The notes beneath the pieces were generated by a model. That model saw only the letters and a list, made by a program, of their open reading frames with translations. It was not told the DNA's origin and did no database searches. A stretch of DNA of 64,000 nt. Origin: the human T2T-CHM13v2.0 reference genome, Homo sapiens. Position 1 is the first letter of the stretch, and each line of letters opens with the position of its first letter. This document shows, piece after piece, positions 24,151 to 52,339 of the stretch. The position numbers and the translations under genes were made by a program. The stretch is taken from the NCBI RefSeq assembly GCF_009914755.1, contig NC_060925.1; one strand, written 5' to 3'.

Positions 24151-25353
24151 GGTTGGGAGTGGGGCCTCTCCCGGGTGGGCAGTAGAGACCTCGAGGCTCT
24201 CAGGCTAGGGCCTTGTGGACAGTTATACCAAGTGTGGGGGCCTGTAGTGGGACAGGAGATCGTTGGCACTGTCAGGTGGAAGCGAGTTGGTGTGTCTTGA
24301 ATATATGAGGAAAAGATTTGAGAGGTCTGACAAAGACAGGGGATACATTTGGAGGACAGGACAGTGGGACAAAACCTGTTTGCTTGCCACTTTTTTCTTT
24401 CTTTTTTTTGGTTTGGTTTGCCATGATACTGGTAGTGAGAGAGAATTGAAATTTCTGGGTTTCCCCTCTCTTGGCCAAGCAGAAGGATGGTATTGGAGGG
24501 CTGAGCACACGTATGCTGAACATATGGCTGCTTGAACTTTGGCCTGTCGCTGTGCTACACTTACTTCTACATGGTTTATGAAATCTGAAATCAGGTAATA
24601 GGATTATGATCATATGTGTGTGTCATTTGGTATTGCAAAAGTTTAAGGACTTTTAGGTGAAATTCACTGGGTGTGGATCCAAGAGTTCGCCGGAAACTCA
24701 AGGCAGTTGTCTATTCCTTCACGGTTAGTCAGTTGGCTCACTTAGCTGGAGCAAAGAAAGACTTCATAGGCTGTGCTGCCAAGCATTTATAGGATTCAGT
24801 TGGTGGTTATGTCTCAACTCTGATACTGTTTTTCAAAAGCTTTAAGAGGTTTACTTATTCATTTCGAGGGCATACGTATACCAGCAGAGATAGGGGCTGG
24901 GTGGGGGAAGCCAGAAAAGGAGGGAGAAATACTGGATTTCTTTAATACTGGTATTTAAATTCTAATAAAAATATATTTGATAATGGTAGATTATTACCAA
25001 ATTTTTCATATATTTTGATGCAGATGGATTAGGCTGTGGGCATGTACCAAGTTTTGTCATAATTTCTCGAGCAGATTTTCAACTTTTTCAGATTTCGGTT
25101 GTCAAAATAAAAATCCATATCTTTTAACTCTTCTGTTAATTGCTGCTTACCATTACACGTGCCTCTAAACATCGTTAATGGGAAACATGCTACTATTTTT
25201 GTGGCATGAAGGTGCTTATATCTGCCTCAAATAAATATAATAGATGAATTGTGCTTGTCCAAAACTCAAGTATGGTCGTTACATTATGAACATTATACAA
25301 CATGTAGATGAACACATGTTACCAGTGGTTTACGCCCAGATATCAAAGTTTAA

Positions 25354-25672
<319 letters not shown>

Positions 25673-27659
25673 CTATGAGGTATCTTATTTGCATGGATTC
25701 ATTTTCCCAAGTGTCTGAAGGTGGAGGAGTATCTAATGATCTTTTAGGAAAAGTTTGGTTTATATCTTAAAATGTTATAGTAATATGTTTGTGTATGCCT
25801 TTTATCAGACAGAGCACTCTTTACTCTTGACTATCTTGAAGGCATGTGAGAAAGGTTGGTTGTCTTATATTCATGAGGAAATCTATGCACAGGGAGGTAA
25901 AATGATTGCATAGAATCAAATGATAGAGAAGGACCAAGAACAGGGACTTCCTATTCTTTGGTTATCTGGTTCCTTGCTGATCTTCCTACTACAATGTACT
26001 CCCTTAAATCAGAGGCAAAGCAGCAGCATAAATAAGGTCTTGGGAAAGACTACATTCCTTGGAAAATAATTTAATATAAATCTGTTCCTCTCAAGTGTCT
26101 TTTTTAATGTGATTTTTTAAAATTAAAAAATAATAGCATCATGACTCTTGAAACCTATATAAATCAATAGGAATGCCTTTTAATACCATAATGAACATTG
26201 AAAGCTGAGTGTTGTTATTACCACCTCAGGGAACACACAGATGTAGGTTCTCTAGACCTGAGCTTGTAAATGGAGTTTGATGTTTAATGATCCTGGTGAG
26301 GTAGATACTATTATTAATCTCATTTTACAGATAAGGTAACCGAGGCATGGGGAAATTAAGTGGCTCAGCTTAGCCTAGAATTGTGCTCTGAACTACCATG
26401 TGTATTACTTTTCACTGTTCTTATAGGAAGAGAAGATAAGTGTCTTTAGAACCTACTTTTAACCTCTGTCTCTCACATCGAAGCAATTATAATGCAGTGA
26501 TGATTCTTTACAGTGACCCTCAAATTTATTCCTTTCACTCTCATTTTCTCTGCCACTAATCTGGTTCAGACCTTTGGTATTTCATACCTGCAGTTGTCTT
26601 TTAACTTCTTTTCCTGCTTCTAGTTGTCCCTCCTTACAATCTATTGTATCCATTGCTCCTTTCTCTCATCTCTTTAAAGCATGGTAACACTGCCCTGTTT
26701 GAGAATCTACTGTTCGCTTTCTATTACTTATTCTCTGAAGTCTAAATTCTTTTGGTTAGTTTTCAGGCTTTTCATGATCTAGCCCTACCCCAGGCCATTT
26801 TATATCATTTGTCATACGTTAACCTTCTTACTGCTTTCCATCCCACACGTGCTTGCTCATCATGGCCACCAGGCTCTGCTTGTTTCCTAATCTTTTATTT
26901 TTTTGAGATAGAATTTCCTGTTGCTGAGGCTGGAGTGACATGATTACGCCTCATTGTAGCCTCGACCTTCCGAATTCAGGTGTTCCTCCCACCTCAGCCT
27001 TCCAAGTAGCTGGGACTACAGGCATATGTTACCACATCTGGCTAATTTTTGTGTTTTTTGTAGGGGTGGGGTTTTGCCATGTTGCCCAGGTTGGTCTTGA
27101 ACTCCTGAGCCCAGGCCTGTGCTGGGATTACAGGTGTGAGCTACCATGCCTGGCCTCTAATCTTATCTATGTAGTCTGCCCAACCCTTAACACATGGCTA
27201 GATTGTGCCTGTTTGTGAACTTTCTAGACAGCACCTATCTCCTGTTGCATTTGTCTGTATTGGGCAAGTAGATTAAATATTTCCCCATTTTCTTATTTTT
27301 TAGCACTATGAAGTTTAACATTTTACTATATTATCACAGAATATAGCTCTTTAGAAAACATTTGTCTTATTCACTGATTGTTATATGTGTATTGCTTGTC
27401 TCTTTAAGGAGGATCCAAGTTTTTAATGAGTAGAGAAAATAGATGTGTTATTGCTTCTTTGCAGAAGTTGCTAATGAAATGAAATGTATTTTTCCTTATT
27501 ATAGGTTGTTCTGTCTTCCTGAATATTTCATTATACTGACTACAACAACACATGATAGTATTTCTATCATTAGAGATACAAGGAAAACATTTAAATATTA
27601 AGCAGTCAGGTGTTCTTTCAGTGGTAGCTTAGTGGTCAGAGGACTAATACAGAGACAAC

Positions 27660-27860
27660 TAAGTGTGGTAGAGAGTGTGAACCATGTCATCAGGCTGCCT
27701 GGGTTCCTGTCCCAGCTCCACTCACCGGTTAGGTTACTTAGCCTCTCTGCCTGTCTTCTCAGCTGTAAAAGAGTGGTAATAATAGTGCCTATGCCATAGT
27801 GTTGTTGAAAATTAAACAAGACCATGAAGGTAAAGTACTTAGAAGTGCCTGGTACATATT
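27660..27860 (+). mobile_element. MIR
   Basis: CTGCCTGGGTTC..TCCCAGCTCCACT..GTTACTTA.CCTCTCTG.CT....CTCA.CTGTAAAA..ATAATAGTGCCT core. Confidence 0.75.
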
Positions 27861-28078
27861 ATTGTCTTACAGGTTTGATCTCTTACAAATATTGAGTGAT
27901 GGAAAAGCAGAAGTTAATTTTTTTAACATCGTTTTGAAATATTCTTATTTTTAGAGGGGAAAAAAGCCCTCAATTTTGGAGGTTGGATTTTGACATGCCA
28001 TTAATTACTTTTCTCTTTTAGGTTTACAGGTACATACATTACACCCCTATTTCTACAAAGCTTGGCTATTAGAGCATT

Positions 28079-28358
28079 ATGAACATTAATGACCTCAAAC
28101 TCACGTTGTCCAAAGCTGGGCAAGAGCACCTACTACGTTTCTGGAATGAGCTTGAAGAAGCCCAACAGGTAGAACTTTATGCAGAGCTCCAGGCCATGAA
28201 CTTTGAGGAGCTGAACTTCTTTTTCCAAAAGGCCATTGAAGGTTTTAACCAGTCTTCTCACCAAAAGAATGTGGATGCACGAATGGAACCTGTGCCTCGA
28301 GAGGTATTAGGCAGTGCTACAAGGGATCAAGATCAGCTCCAGGCCTGGGAAAGTGAAG
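28079..28358 (+). CDS. UAP1: UAP1 exon 2 coding part (exon starts at 28022): MNINDLKLTLSKAGQEHLLRFW...QAWESE(G)
   Basis: Acceptor TTTTAG|28022; ATG with A at -3; in-frame TAG 9 nt upstream; donor AAG|GTACTG; 280 nt, phase 1. Confidence 0.97.
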
Positions 28359-28640
28359 GTACTGGGCATGTACATATTTCTTACTGAAGTTTATTTGAGA
28401 TATACTAAAATTGTTCAGGTAGCTGGATCATGTCACTAATATTTTGATTCATACTACATTAAACCAGGTGACCTAGCAGAAAGTGACAAAATTGTCTTTT
28501 TATTTTTGATGCTCCATTTAAGGCTTCTCTCATTCAAGTCTTAATTTGCCTCCAGTCTCTTTCCCTCCTCAATTTCCATACTTCTGCTAGATTTCTTTTC
28601 CTGAAGCACAAGTTAAATACTTAAGTTTAAGCTGGCTTAA

Positions 28641-37985
<9,345 letters not shown>

Positions 37986-38788
37986 TTTTATGTTTTAACA
38001 AATGTATACTCATGTAACTACCATCCCAATCAACATAAGCACATTTCCATCACCATACAAAGACTTCTGATGCCCTTTGCAGGTGATACCCCAAGCGCAT
38101 TCTGTTGAGTTGGGTTTCAAACCAGAAATCCTAACTTCAGAGCCTGAGTTCTCGCCCATTATACTTTACTACTTTCCTAACTGAAGATTTATTTTCTTTA
38201 TGTAGCTTACCTGCTATATTTGCATGCTCATTGATTATTTATTATAGGCTGGAGGTAATTTGATAGTGTCATCATTCATCCCGAAACTTTGGTATTTTCT
38301 TTACTCTGTCTTTTTTTTGACTTGCCACATCAATTAGTCATCAAATTTTTGCGAAACATTTATTATATCTCTCGGTTCTTACCTCCTGACATTATCAGCA
38401 AAAAATATTTAGTTCACTAAAATGCATCGTTCATTGTTTGGTGTTCGGTTGGGTTATATAAATTTAATTGTTTTAATAATAGAAATGTTTTTATTAGCAA
38501 GGTAGTCATCCACGATTCTATGTAGATTCTGTATTCTCTGTGCCTTACGTTGATAAGCCCCTATCTTGTTATTTCAGTCCCATGTGATCAATAAAAGCAG
38601 CAAGCAGGCTTTGGTCCAAGCCAGATTCTCCACCACTAGCCTGTACCCAAAATCAGCAAATGGCCTCAGGACAAGACAGCTGTATAGCCTTACTTCCTTT
38701 TTGATGAGTCTTTGCTGCTACCTATGTATATTTAATACTAAAGTGTTGAATTGTAGAGGTTTTGTGATACAAGTGTTTTCTTTTCTAG

Positions 38789-38993
38789 GACTTTTCCAGA
38801 TTTCTCAGAATAAAGTAGCAGTTCTTCTTCTAGCTGGTGGGCAGGGGACAAGACTCGGCGTTGCATATCCTAAGGGGATGTATGATGTTGGTTTGCCATC
38901 CCGTAAGACACTTTTTCAGATTCAAGCAGAGCGTATCCTGAAGCTACAGCAGGTTGCTGAAAAATATTATGGCAACAAATGCATTATTCCATG
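38789..38993 (+). CDS. UAP1: UAP1 exon 3: (G)[29 protein letters not shown]...CIIP(W)
   Basis: TTTCTAG|GA; TG|GTAAGA; 205 nt; carries the [12 protein letters not shown] nucleotidyltransferase signature. Confidence 0.98.
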
Positions 38994-39444
38994 GTAAGAT
39001 ACGTCTCATTATTGGAGTGTGTCTGAACATATATTGTTTTATAATATTCAAAATGCATATATACTTTATGCACTCACAGACATATTTCTTGTTACTGTTG
39101 ATTTTCTTGGGAGGTATAATTTACTATATATGTTAAAAGTGCTATATATTATTGCTTGATAGATGACCACTATTGACTTAATAAGCAATATATACTCACC
39201 GCCAACTTTTACATTCCTGACTGAGTACCTTAAAGTACTCAGTGAGCTCTCTGCATCTAGAAACTCATATTTTCAGGTACCAGGTTATTTAGCTCTCCCA
39301 CACCCATGCGCCTCTTCCGCATACACACCAGGTGAAAGCTGCACTGACTTCTGTGCTATGGGCCATACTTGTGTCCTCAGCCTCTACTAGTATGCTGTAT
39401 TCTCAGGTTCTCAGGGGCTCCACCTTGGTCAGTGTTAGTTCCTT

Positions 39445-40043
<599 letters not shown>

Positions 40044-41440
40044 AGTGTTAGTTTCCTAAGGACCAAGAGATTACAGAAGATCCTGCTCTGCTTTTTATAA
40101 GTTTTTGGTTCAGCTCTTTAGTCTCTTTCCCCGAGCAGTTTTGGAAGTTAGCATGTTTTGAGGGGAAAATCAGCTGTGTGTTTGAGGTCCCCCAAGTCCC
40201 TATCTTGTTATTTCAGTCCCATGTGATCAACAAAAGCTCTACTAGTTTCTGTCCCCGAGCAGCAGCCTTTGGTCCAAGCCATATTCACCACTAGCCTGTA
40301 CCCCAAGTCAGCAGGTGCCCTCAGGACAAGGCAGCTGTATAGCCTCAGTTCCCTTTTGAAAGATTCTGTCTCTGGACTTACAATCTATTTTGCCTCTGAA
40401 GTTCTCTGATGCCTTTAAAAAACTGCTTTTTGTAATTTTCGTAGCTCTTCTAGCTCTTCTCACCACGAGTACTGGCCTGCTGTGAACTGTTTTGTTCATC
40501 TTGATGCCTGTGGGGAATTTGGAGGAACATCTGTGTTCTAAGTGGCCAACATTCTACTTACAGCCCTGGCCTCCTACTATCATGTTGAATTTTCTTCTCT
40601 CTCTTTCTTCCATCTCTTCACAACTCAATTTCTGTTCTTATGCAGAGAAGTTTAGCCACTTCTTCTGTCATCTTCTAAATATATCCAAACCTTTTGTACC
40701 TAAAGTTCAAAATATCCAGGATAATTTGTTAAACAGACAGATACCTCCTGTGGTATGAAATTATACCATTTTGTTTATTCATTTAACAAATATTAATTGA
40801 GTGTCTTTTTCTAGGTATTGAGGATAAATCAGTAACCCAAACAGGCAAAAATCCCTTCTTATATGTAGTTTACATTCTAGTAAGGGCAAAAGCTACCACA
40901 GTCACTAATTATAGTTTTAGAAATAATTTTTTTCTTTTTTGCCACACTAGCATGGGTTGGATTTTTGTGACAACAGAAAGTATAATTATACTTTTATGAT
41001 TTTTAAATGGAGGGTTAGCAGAGCCCAGACTGCATTTCAGATTTCAATAAAAAGAACCCCAAGAGATCATTAAACTGTATTGCAGTTACCCTTTTCTTCC
41101 TGTTTATTCAGAATAGGCATTTCAAATTTAAAATACACTTTCACAGAGTTCTAAAATGTTTACTTAAGCCATTTTATAGGTTCTCTTGAAGGAGGTGTGT
41201 TTAGTATGTTTAATATTGTAAGTAGATTTATTTCATACGTAAGAGTTGATGAAATTACTGAAAGAAATTCCCCTTGGGTAACAGCTAATGAATGTGTCTT
41301 ACCCAGGAAAAATATGAAGGAAGTCAAAATAATAAGCAAGTGCTTTCAAAGATATCTTTAGCTTAGGAAATAGACGAAACTTTATTTTGCCCTAGTCCAC
41401 CTAGCACGGTTGCTTAGAAGATCTGATTTTCTCTTGTAAG

Positions 41441-41616
41441 GTATATAATGACCAGTGGCAGAACAATGGAATCTACAAAGGAGTTCTTCACCAAGCACAA
41501 GTACTTTGGTTTAAAAAAAGAGAATGTAATCTTTTTTCAGCAAGGAATGCTCCCCGCCATGAGTTTTGATGGGAAAATTATTTTGGAAGAGAAGAACAAA
41601 GTTTCTATGGCTCCAG
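41441..41616 (+). CDS. UAP1: UAP1 exon 4: (W)[23 protein letters not shown]...VSMAP(D)
   Basis: CTTGTAAG|G; CAG|GTTTGT; 176 nt, phase consistent; absent from the ORF track and found by reading. Confidence 0.97.
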
Positions 41617-41867
41617 GTTTGTAATCATCCTTATTTAATGGTGACTAGAAAGGATAACAACATAAATCATCAAATGTTGATTTTCTTTTTAACATGGTGA
41701 TTTTGATATTTAAACATTAATATATATGTGTTTTTTGCAGCTTGGAAATGATTTAAAAAGATGAAAATGCCCGTTGGTGTAATGGATACACTTTTATGCT
41801 TGTTGTGGGTGTCTGCTCTATGGAGCAATTTGAGGAGCATTCAGGGTATTCTTTCTCTATAACAAGT

Positions 41868-42179
<312 letters not shown>

Positions 42180-43268
42180 ATATAGCAAATATTTTATGTA
42201 TACTGCAATGTTCATGGCTACATTGTTTATTATAGTGAAAACTTGGAAACCATATGCTATTTAATAAATGAGAGGCTAAATTATAGTTTAAAAATAGCAT
42301 TAATTCTTAAATAGCATTAAAATAATTGGTGGCATTAAATTCTAAACATTATTTCAGCAAGTTAAGTAAGAGAATGCAAAATGAAAAACTGCATACAGTC
42401 TATGATTAGGGCCACTGCTTTGCACAATTCCAGGTAGTGCATACACATCATGGTTTGTTAATGGGACCCACTAGAATTGGACAGTGTATTGCCTGTGTAG
42501 CCACATTCAGTGACCCTGAGTACAACCTCAGTCTATAAAAATAGACCTACTGACAGATTTATGTTTATGAGAATCTGTACTTGGAGGAAAGGCTGAAAAG
42601 AAATTAATAGTATTAACAGTGGTGCTCTCTAGATGTAGGCTTTTATTTCATCTTAATTATTTTGGTTAATGGAAGAGTTACTATTCTTAGCTGTATTTTG
42701 TGAAGTTGTCTAATTTTTCATCACTTAAGCTATGGTTAAGGTTGTTATTGGACAAAGTACATTAAAGCAGCATTATAAATAGATGGAGAAAGAAGAGGCT
42801 TTATTTATATCTCGTTTAAATCACCTTAGGCCTCCATATCAATCTGTTTTTTTAACAAATGATTTGATACAAAATACTTACGTATTTTTGAGATGGGTGA
42901 AATTGTCAGCATTGGGGTTATAAATACAGAGCTAACTTGAATCATACAAATGTTAATGAAACTTGAAATGTTATGAAATAATCATTGCCTGATAAAGGAT
43001 TTTATATCATACAATATATTACTAAAAGGGGCTGAGTTAAAAAGAAAGATATGGTTTTTGGGGTTGCCTGATCTTACATTGATAGTGTTATTCTCTGGAT
43101 AGTTAATGCTAAGTAACCTTCAAAATCCTATAGTTCAATTTTTTTGACACCTGATTCCTTCCTTATGGATATTCAGTTTTCTTGCCTTTGTAAAGCGAAT
43201 TTTGTTTTTTAGGGATCTTAACCCTAGTTTGGAAACAATCTTTGTGTTACCTTTATGATGGATTTTGA

Positions 43269-43559
<291 letters not shown>

Positions 43560-43719
43560 TGATTTGAATATTTTAGAACCATTTATCTCTCTAAAGTAAC
43601 TAAACGGTCCCACACCCACTTTTTTTCTTAAATTGGCAAGACTTGATTCTAGATGTAATGTTGTATACTTATCACAGGTAAGAGTTTAAACTATGTGAGG
43701 AGGATTTGCAAGTACTTCG

Positions 43720-44060
43720 GAAAGTGGTCATCACTAGACCTGGGTTGGATTCATTAATATCAAATTGTGTTCAATCAGATTAACCCAACTTTTTTCCTGT
43801 GACAAAGTTATTGGAGTAGGTAAGGAAAATGTGGTAGAAATAACAGATTTAGACTTCCTAAGTCAGGTGACAAGGTATCTTACGATGTTCTTTCGAATAA
43901 GATAGAAATATGCAAGTTGGGCATAAGGACAATTAAAGAGGTGAATAACTGCTTGAATGACCACACACAGACTGATACTAAGTTGGAGGGAGGTTTGTAA
44001 TGATATGTAATGAGTCTGTTCTTGGCATTGTACTTTTCAACACGTTTTTAGTTGTATAGG
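43720..44060 (+). mobile_element. Ancient CR1/L3 LINE fragment (RT region)
   Basis: TTTAGACTTC....GACAAGGT resembles the LDFSKAFDKV coding segment; TGGAGGGAGGT..TAATG..GTCTGTTCTTGG; heavily diverged. Confidence 0.5.
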
Positions 44061-44119
44061 TGATGGCATGTCTTTATGGTAGCAAAAAATATATATATTA
44101 TAGCTAGAAATAAAATAGA

Positions 44120-44720
44120 CAGCAAACATGCAAACCTTTAAAAACACTTTGGAAGACCTAAAAATACTGATATAAACATTACTAGAAGTCTGTATAGGTA
44201 TCCATTCTCATCAAAAACAGTGTAATAAAAGCCCAGTCAAAATCTCAGTGAGACTATTTTGGGGACACTTGACAGAATGATTGCAAAGTTTAGAATAAAC
44301 ATGTAAAGGTGGCCAGGAAAATGTTGAAAAAGGATGAAGATAAGGGAGGAAAGGGGGCCGAAGACCATCTATCAAGCATTAAAAGGAATTGTAAATTAAA
44401 AGAGTGTGGTACTGGAACCAGAATAGAATGACAGATTAATGAAAATAGAGTAGGTCAGTCAGAAACACATCTGTGTATGTATAAGAAGAACACATTTTAT
44501 AAAATATGGCATTTTGACTCAGTGGAGGAAATGAATGAAATAACTGGCTAACAATAAAGTAAGATCTCTCTGTCAAAGCTCATACAAATATCAGTTTTAG
44601 GTGGATTACACAGTTAAATATTTAAAAATGAAATCATAAAGGTATTAGAAGAAAATTAGAAGAATTTTATAATTGTGATGCAAAAGGAAGACCTTTCTAC
44701 TGAAAGCAGTAACCATATAG
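44120..44720 (+). mobile_element. Old L1 (L1M-type) ORF2 fragment
   Basis: A-rich; CTTGACAGAATGATT..AAAGTT and AGTGTGGTACTGG..CAGAATAGA motifs. Confidence 0.6.
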
Positions 44721-44995
44721 GCTTCTGACAAAAACAAATTCGATTTCAAATTATTTTGAAATATCTGTATTTAAAAAGAAGATCTGCCAAAGAAGTTATT
44801 TCTCTCAAAGTTAATCTAGAAATTTTATGCAAAGTCTCATTGGAAGCCGAAATCTTAAATTTACTGATACAAGTTTTGAGAGATTAAGCTGATAGACCTA
44901 ATAAGCCTCCTCTGGACTCTGAAAATAAGTGTTGGTTTAGTTCAGTTATTTAAGACTTCTATCTGTTCCAATACTCTGTGAGTATCTGAACTGTA

Positions 44996-48552
<3,557 letters not shown>

Positions 48553-49485
48553 GACAAATATTTTTTATTGTTTGTTTCTTCGGTTGGATATTTATCTTAT
48601 CTGAACCTTGATTTTATATTAGTGCATTGCATATAGTTCTTTTATAATTTTCTTCTAAACACTTAAGTCAGTGATGTGTGGGATTAGTGTGGTGGCATAC
48701 CAAAATCACTTGTGAGGTTTTTAAAAATTACATATTCTTAATTTTCCCTCTGATTTTAGTATACCCTCTTTTCTCAGCTCCCCATCAGCCCAGAGCCATT
48801 GATAAATTATCACATCACTGGTTTTCAGAATTATTTTTTTGAAGTATAGAATCACTTATTTCAAACAAAATTGAGTATACAAAACAGATAAATATGGGTG
48901 GGTTTTCTAATTAAAGTTGGAGTGGGAGGCTAGTGACCTGCCTGCTCTAAACCCCTTTACCTCCTACTCAGGTCCCTGAAACACAAGGAAAATGCCAAAA
49001 TTAAAGAAATGCTTTTTTCAAATGAAATATCGGGCAATAGAAAATGAGAGACAAAATGCCTAACTTAGGTCTTTTGTCTTGTGAATCCCAGAGAAATTTC
49101 ATTTTATTTATTATGAAAGTAATTGAGGTGGTTAAGGATAAATTAAATAAAAAGTACAAGATACATGGGGGATGTTGACTCCTGATGTAATTATTCCCAC
49201 TCCAATGTGATTTACTCTGTGCTAGATATATGTATATGATGGAATTTCTAGCCCAAGGTTTAGTTAGGTGATAAATAGGAAGGAAATAATATACCTCATT
49301 TCCAGTTGGAAAGTGCCTGTCAAGGTATATAAAGATGGATAGTTGATTGTCTAAAGTTAAAGATTCTTCTTGGCTTTATACCTTTTAGTGTAAGCAAAGT
49401 TGTAAATGTCATCTTTGACAATGGCAAATCTCCAAAGAAACATTTAATTCAATTTCCTCCTCTACTGTTTTTCTCTGGTGGACAG

Positions 49486-49679
49486 GTGGTAGAGAAAACG
49501 AACCCTACAGAACCAGTTGGAGTGGTTTGCCGAGTGGATGGAGTTTACCAGGTGGTAGAATATAGTGAGATTTCCCTGGCAACAGCTCAAAAACGAAGCT
49601 CAGACGGACGACTGCTGTTCAATGCGGGGAACATTGCCAACCATTTCTTCACTGTACCATTTCTGAGAGATGTTGTCAA
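49486..49679 (+). CDS. UAP1: UAP1 exon 6: [19 protein letters not shown]...FLRDVV(N)
   Basis: GGACAG|GTG; AA|GTATGG; 194 nt. Confidence 0.98.
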
Positions 49680-50703
49680 GTATGGGCAAGATGGGGGCCT
49701 TTTAAAATTATATTTATTGTTAATCAGAAACTAAGACACTTGAGAGGGATGCAGACACCCCAAGTCCATATCCCACAGAATTCATCTTTCCTGAGGATCA
49801 CTTATCAAATGGACATTTATCTCATGTTGTGATTGTTTTTAGTAAGATGTATTGTAAGGTGGGAATCATCGGAGCCCATTCCCCAGCGCATTAATGGGAG
49901 GCCAAAGCATTTCTCCCTTCTCACCCTCCCACCCCCAACTATGTGCTAGGTTCTGTTGAAGCAAAGCATAAGAAATGAAACTTTCTTTACCACAGCTGTG
50001 AGCTTTTTAAAAATACAGATGTTCACCTTACACCAACTGAATTAGAATTTCAGGAGGTGGGTTCGGGGCATCTATATTTTTAGAAAGCTGCCCACAAAGT
50101 TCTAATTCAGCTGATTCCCAGGCTGGCATTTAGAAACTAGTGTGCTAAAGAGTGAAGAAATTACTTGACACCTGCATGAAAATTAGCGGGTAGTGCTACA
50201 AAGGATAAAATAAGAGCTATTTTATCCCACCATAGTTTTAAATGAAGGACATTCTCACTATCGATTTCACTTAGCTTTTAGACATTCAAGATGACTTGTC
50301 TACTTTTTAAAAAGTTAATATGCATTACTTTAGAATATCAACTCCAGTTCCAAAATATTTCCCATTCTATGCCATTTGTAGCTGTGTTACTGTTTCATCC
50401 ATAGTAACTTAATGCGTTTTTTAATGTACATATATACAGTTTTAAGGCATTTGTAATGAATACAGTTTTAATGCACACGTACACAGTTTTAGTGGAGACT
50501 GTTATTTGATTTTTTTTTAAATATAAAGAGATGATTGGGGGAAAGCTATTCATTTACTATTTAAATATGAACTGAAACTTAAATGCTCTTCACTTTGAAA
50601 ATCTTAGTATTGGTTGTTGACACATTTGCTCCTGAATGTTGTAAGATTTTCTGGCATTTTAAATCTGGAACGTGATTATATCTTTTCTCCTCCTGCTTCT
50701 TAG

Positions 50704-50844
50704 TGTTTATGAACCTCAGTTGCAGCACCATGTGGCTCAAAAGAAGATTCCTTATGTGGATACCCAAGGACAGTTAATTAAGCCAGACAAACCCAATGGA
50801 ATAAAGATGGAAAAATTTGTCTTTGACATCTTCCAGTTTGCAAA
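50704..50844 (+). CDS. UAP1: UAP1 exon 7: [16 protein letters not shown]...[13 protein letters not shown](K)
   Basis: CTTCTTAG|T; AA|GTATGC; 141 nt; KxExFxFD motif. Confidence 0.98.
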
Positions 50845-51096
50845 GTATGCTTTGAATAGTACCAATAAGGTTAAATAAATGTCTTAAAATGCTGCTTTTC
50901 ACTCTCTTAGGCATGAAACTGTTTTCAGGAAACATTTGATAGCACATATCTCACATGGCATTTTGATTGTGAGTATGTAGTCTAGATTCATTATAGTTCT
51001 CTGGAATAAAACCAGGAGTGTGATCTGAGTTGCCTATGAGTACAACTTTTTTTTTTTTTAAATCAACTAGTTTCTGGCTCCTATAAAGTTTTTTTC

Positions 51097-51469
51097 ATAT
51101 GTATATTAAATATATATATTATATATATATTTTATATATATAATTTATATATTTATATAATATATATTATATATAATATATAAATATTATATATAATATA
51201 TATTATATATTATATTTAAATATATTATATATAATATTTATATATTATATATAAATTTATAGTTATATATAAATATATATTTATTTATAATATATATAAA
51301 TATATATTGTTTATATTATATATATAAATAAATATATATTTATTTATTAAATGTGATGGGGTCTTGCTATGTTGAGCAGGCGGGTCTCAAACTTGTGGCC
51401 TCAAGCGATCTTCCCATCTCGGCCGCCCAAAGTGCTGGGATTATAGGCTTGAGCCACTACGCCCCGCCT
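51097..51469 (-). mobile_element. FLAM/Alu monomer whose tail has expanded into a ~255-bp AT-rich array (51097-51353)
   Basis: Monomer at 51354-51469; TSD TGG(T)CTCCT(A/G)TAAAGTT at 51075-51090 and 51470-51486. Confidence 0.8.
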
Positions 51470-51709
51470 TGGTCTCCTGTAAAGTTGTTAAAGTCATTTA
51501 TTTTGGATGAGAAACTGAAAAGGTTAAGATAAAGAGTTGTCTCGTTTTGTATTTAGGATATCTTCTTACTGCCCTGTGAATAGATGTTTCAGTAAACATG
51601 TTTTTAGATTATATAGCTCTCTATAAAGATCACATTTGATGTTGAGATGCTTGTCTCAGAATTTGACGAGTGCAAAAATGAGAAAGACAAATAAGCTGTA
51701 TAAAGTTAA

Positions 51710-52010
51710 TGCGTGGTGGCTCATGCCTGTAATTCCAGCAGTTTGGGAGGCTGAGGCGGGTGGATGACTTGAGGCCAAGGAGTTGGATACCAGCCTGGCC
51801 AACATGGTGAAACCCTGTCTCTACTAACAGTACAAAAATTAGGTGGGCGTGGTGGTGCATGCCTGAAGTCCCAGCTACTCAGGAGGCTGAGGTGAGAGAA
51901 TCTCTTGAACCCAGGAGGAGAGGTTGCAGTGAGCTGAGATTGTGCCACTGCACTCCAGCCTGGGTGACAGAGTGAGACTCCGTCTCAAAAAAATAAATAA
52001 ATAAAATGAA
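51710..52010 (+). mobile_element. Alu (AluS-type)
   Basis: Sense Alu consensus. Confidence 0.85.
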
Positions 52011-52339
52011 ATTAATCTTTCCATTTCTAAATCATTTTTTTTGCCTGTTTTTTTTTTTTTTCCAGAACAGATACTAATGTGATCTTTGTACATTAAGATT
52101 TCTAATCTTTCCGACTTAAGATGAACTGTTCTATAGTTGAGGGGGGAAATGATTTCTCATTTTGCATTGAAAAAGAAAATTTCAGCTTTCTTTAGTCCAA
52201 GGGTGAGCAATATTTTATTCATCATTCAGATTGGAATAGGAAAGCCTATTGTTGAGACCAAAGCCTTAGCTATGTTAAAGGGTTAGAAGCTGTGTATGCA
52301 GTTTCATAATAAAGAGGTCTTTATATGGTTTCGCTCTAG

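Noticed and set aside
23470-24269. Long overlapping ORFs on both strands (up to 226 aa)
   Set aside because: Expected from stop-codon scarcity in a CpG island; only the spliced uORF is retained as a lead
28022-28078. Possible N-terminally extended UAP1 from upstream starts
   Set aside because: In-frame TAG at 28070-28072 blocks any extension
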